A stretch of 63,663 bases of DNA, the filler included, from Olpidium bornovanus S191 (Eukaryota > Fungi > Olpidiomycota), in NCBI GenBank assembly GCA_017911155.1. It is 29 parts of 29 records of this genome, joined end to end, with 100 filler letters (N's around TTAATTAATTAA, not from the genome) between each part and the next. Parts side by side here need not be neighbours in the genome. Positions count along the whole stretch, not along the records: positions 61,949 to 63,663 come from JAEFCI010011343.1; 28 more parts are not named here. One strand, written 5' to 3'. Below the pieces are notes generated by a model. It worked only from the letters and a program-made list of their open reading frames with translations. It made no database searches and was not told the origin of the DNA. Below, piece after piece: positions 62,314 to 63,663 of this stretch. The translations under genes were made by a program, and so were the position numbers. Each line of letters opens with the position of its first letter. Within the stretch, counting starts at the first letter, position 1.

Positions 62314-63527
62314 ATGTCCGCCGCCGCCCAGAAGCTGAAGAAGTGCGTGCCCAGGGGGGGAACTGCTGCTGCTGCTGCAGGCGCCGCCACCGCGGTGGAA
62401 AATCGGCGAGTTTGTGGGGGGCGGGGGGGGGGGGGGGGGGGCGGGCCGCTGTCCGACTGTGTCTGGTGTGACGACTATAGAAAGCTGAACTTTCCTCGCT
62501 CGCTCCGCACACTCCCAAAAAAAAGGAAACCCGGGAATGATTTTTTCTGCCGGGTCAAGTTCTCCAACGCCTTGCCGCCGGTGCCGTTCGACCCGGCGTT
62601 GCTCAATCGCGACGATGGAGACGCGTCAGTTAATAGCGGCACCGGTGGGGCTGCGGGCGGCGACGTTCTTGCTAGATACTGTCGATACGGGTGCATGGGC
62701 TACGAGCGCAGACTGCGGTTCGAGATGCACCCGCCGGATGCGGATCTCGCCATGCCGGCCGAGAAGGCGTGTCTCGCGGCGGAGAGTAGGTTTCTCCTTT
62801 GTCCGACAGGGGGGCAGGAGGAAGGAGGTGGGGGGGGGAGGAGGGGCGGGGTTGGAGACGGGAGGGGGAAGCGGGGATGGGGAACAGGCCGCGCGCGGAG
62901 CCGGCGGAACCGTTAACGTTGCGCCCGTCGCTCGACGCAGGCCCGGCGTCGGTCCTGGATCCCCAGGACGAGCGGCTGCTTCTGAACCCCAAGAACGCAC
63001 AAGCCCTCGCCGACGCGGCCTCCATCGGACCTTCGCTGTCGATACCCACGCAGAAGCAGCAGCGAAGCGCGTGGATGCGCGTCGGCGGCGTCGGCGGCGT
63101 TGGCGGCGTCGGCGACAAGGACTCACGGAGTGGCGGCACCGGGGGGGGCGACGGCGGGGCCGGGGCCAGCACTGGCTCGATTCGGAAACGGCCCTCCCTG
63201 CCGGCACCGAGTAAGCCCAGGTTGTCGATCGCGGCGCTGGAGTCTCGAGACAGCGACATGTCCCGGGAGGCCCAGGTGGCCGCCATCGAGAAGTCGTTCC
63301 GCGACGTTTCCGAGAACACGCTCACCGCCCGGCTGCGGCACCCTCGGAAACCGCACCTTACCCCGGTTGAGGTGCTACCGCTGTTCCCGGAGTTTAATCT
63401 CAAGGAGAACAAGTACGCAATGCTTTCGTTCGACAAACTGCCGAACGAGGAGGAGGAGAAAGCCATAATGGAGGAGCACGCCGCGCTTCAAGACGAGGCC
63501 GGCGAAGCCGCGGGTGCAGGCGCGAAG
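62314..63527 (+). CDS. PAF1: RNA polymerase II-associated factor Paf1; 3' partial
   Basis: DFFCRVKFSNALPPVPFDP, LDPQDERLL, AWMR and REAQVAAIEKSF..HPRKPHLTPVEVLPLFPEF match the ordered Paf1 motifs. Intron donor at about 63528. Confidence 0.88.
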
Positions 63528-63663
63528 GTACGGCCTTGTGACCATGTAAATCTTGTCGCTCAGCCGTTGGACACTTGCCTGTGAACGTCTCCACGAAGCA
63601 TCGCATTGTCTGTGATCGCGTTCCTCTGCCCTCCTTTTCACCTCTTTAAATTCGTCGGCCTTG

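Overview
This is not one continuous genomic locus. It is 29 short eukaryotic contigs (about 1-4 kb each) joined by 28 identical 100-bp artificial linkers (44 N + TTAATTAATTAA + 44 N), so adjacency carries no biological meaning. The DNA is GC-rich and intron-rich, with many homopolymer and microsatellite tracts. Fungal-type genes (Cdc3-like septin, Sse1/Hsp110, flavohemoglobin, GPI-type cupredoxin) occur with axoneme-associated genes (ARMC3, ODF3/SHIPPO-repeat), which points to a zoosporic early-diverging fungus; the taxon is my inference. Recognisable, mostly partial, spliced genes are ARMC3, ODF3-like, PA2G4/EBP1, a probable kinesin-5 stalk, ISY1, an atypical eIF4E, TMEM14, a PRELI/Ups protein, RalGAP-beta, a PPR-like protein, ARP4, SSE1, a CaaX-terminated repeat protein, Elongin C, a septin, UGGT, a twin-CX9C CMC2-like protein, a golgin-like coiled coil, flavohemoglobin, a secreted Asp/His-rich cupredoxin-like protein, TRM112 and PAF1. 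There are also Ty1/copia relics. I found no tRNA, rRNA or CRISPR, and no support for a novel multi-gene system. The best leads are single genes: a cupredoxin that has lost three of four copper ligands but carries an Asp/His repeat, an eIF4E lacking the eIF4G-binding Trp, a flavohemoglobin with a mitochondrial-type presequence, a fungal RalGAP-beta and a CaaX repeat protein. Contig ends are also strongly enriched for CATG. All calls come from motif recognition by eye, without database searches, and exon boundaries are approximate.
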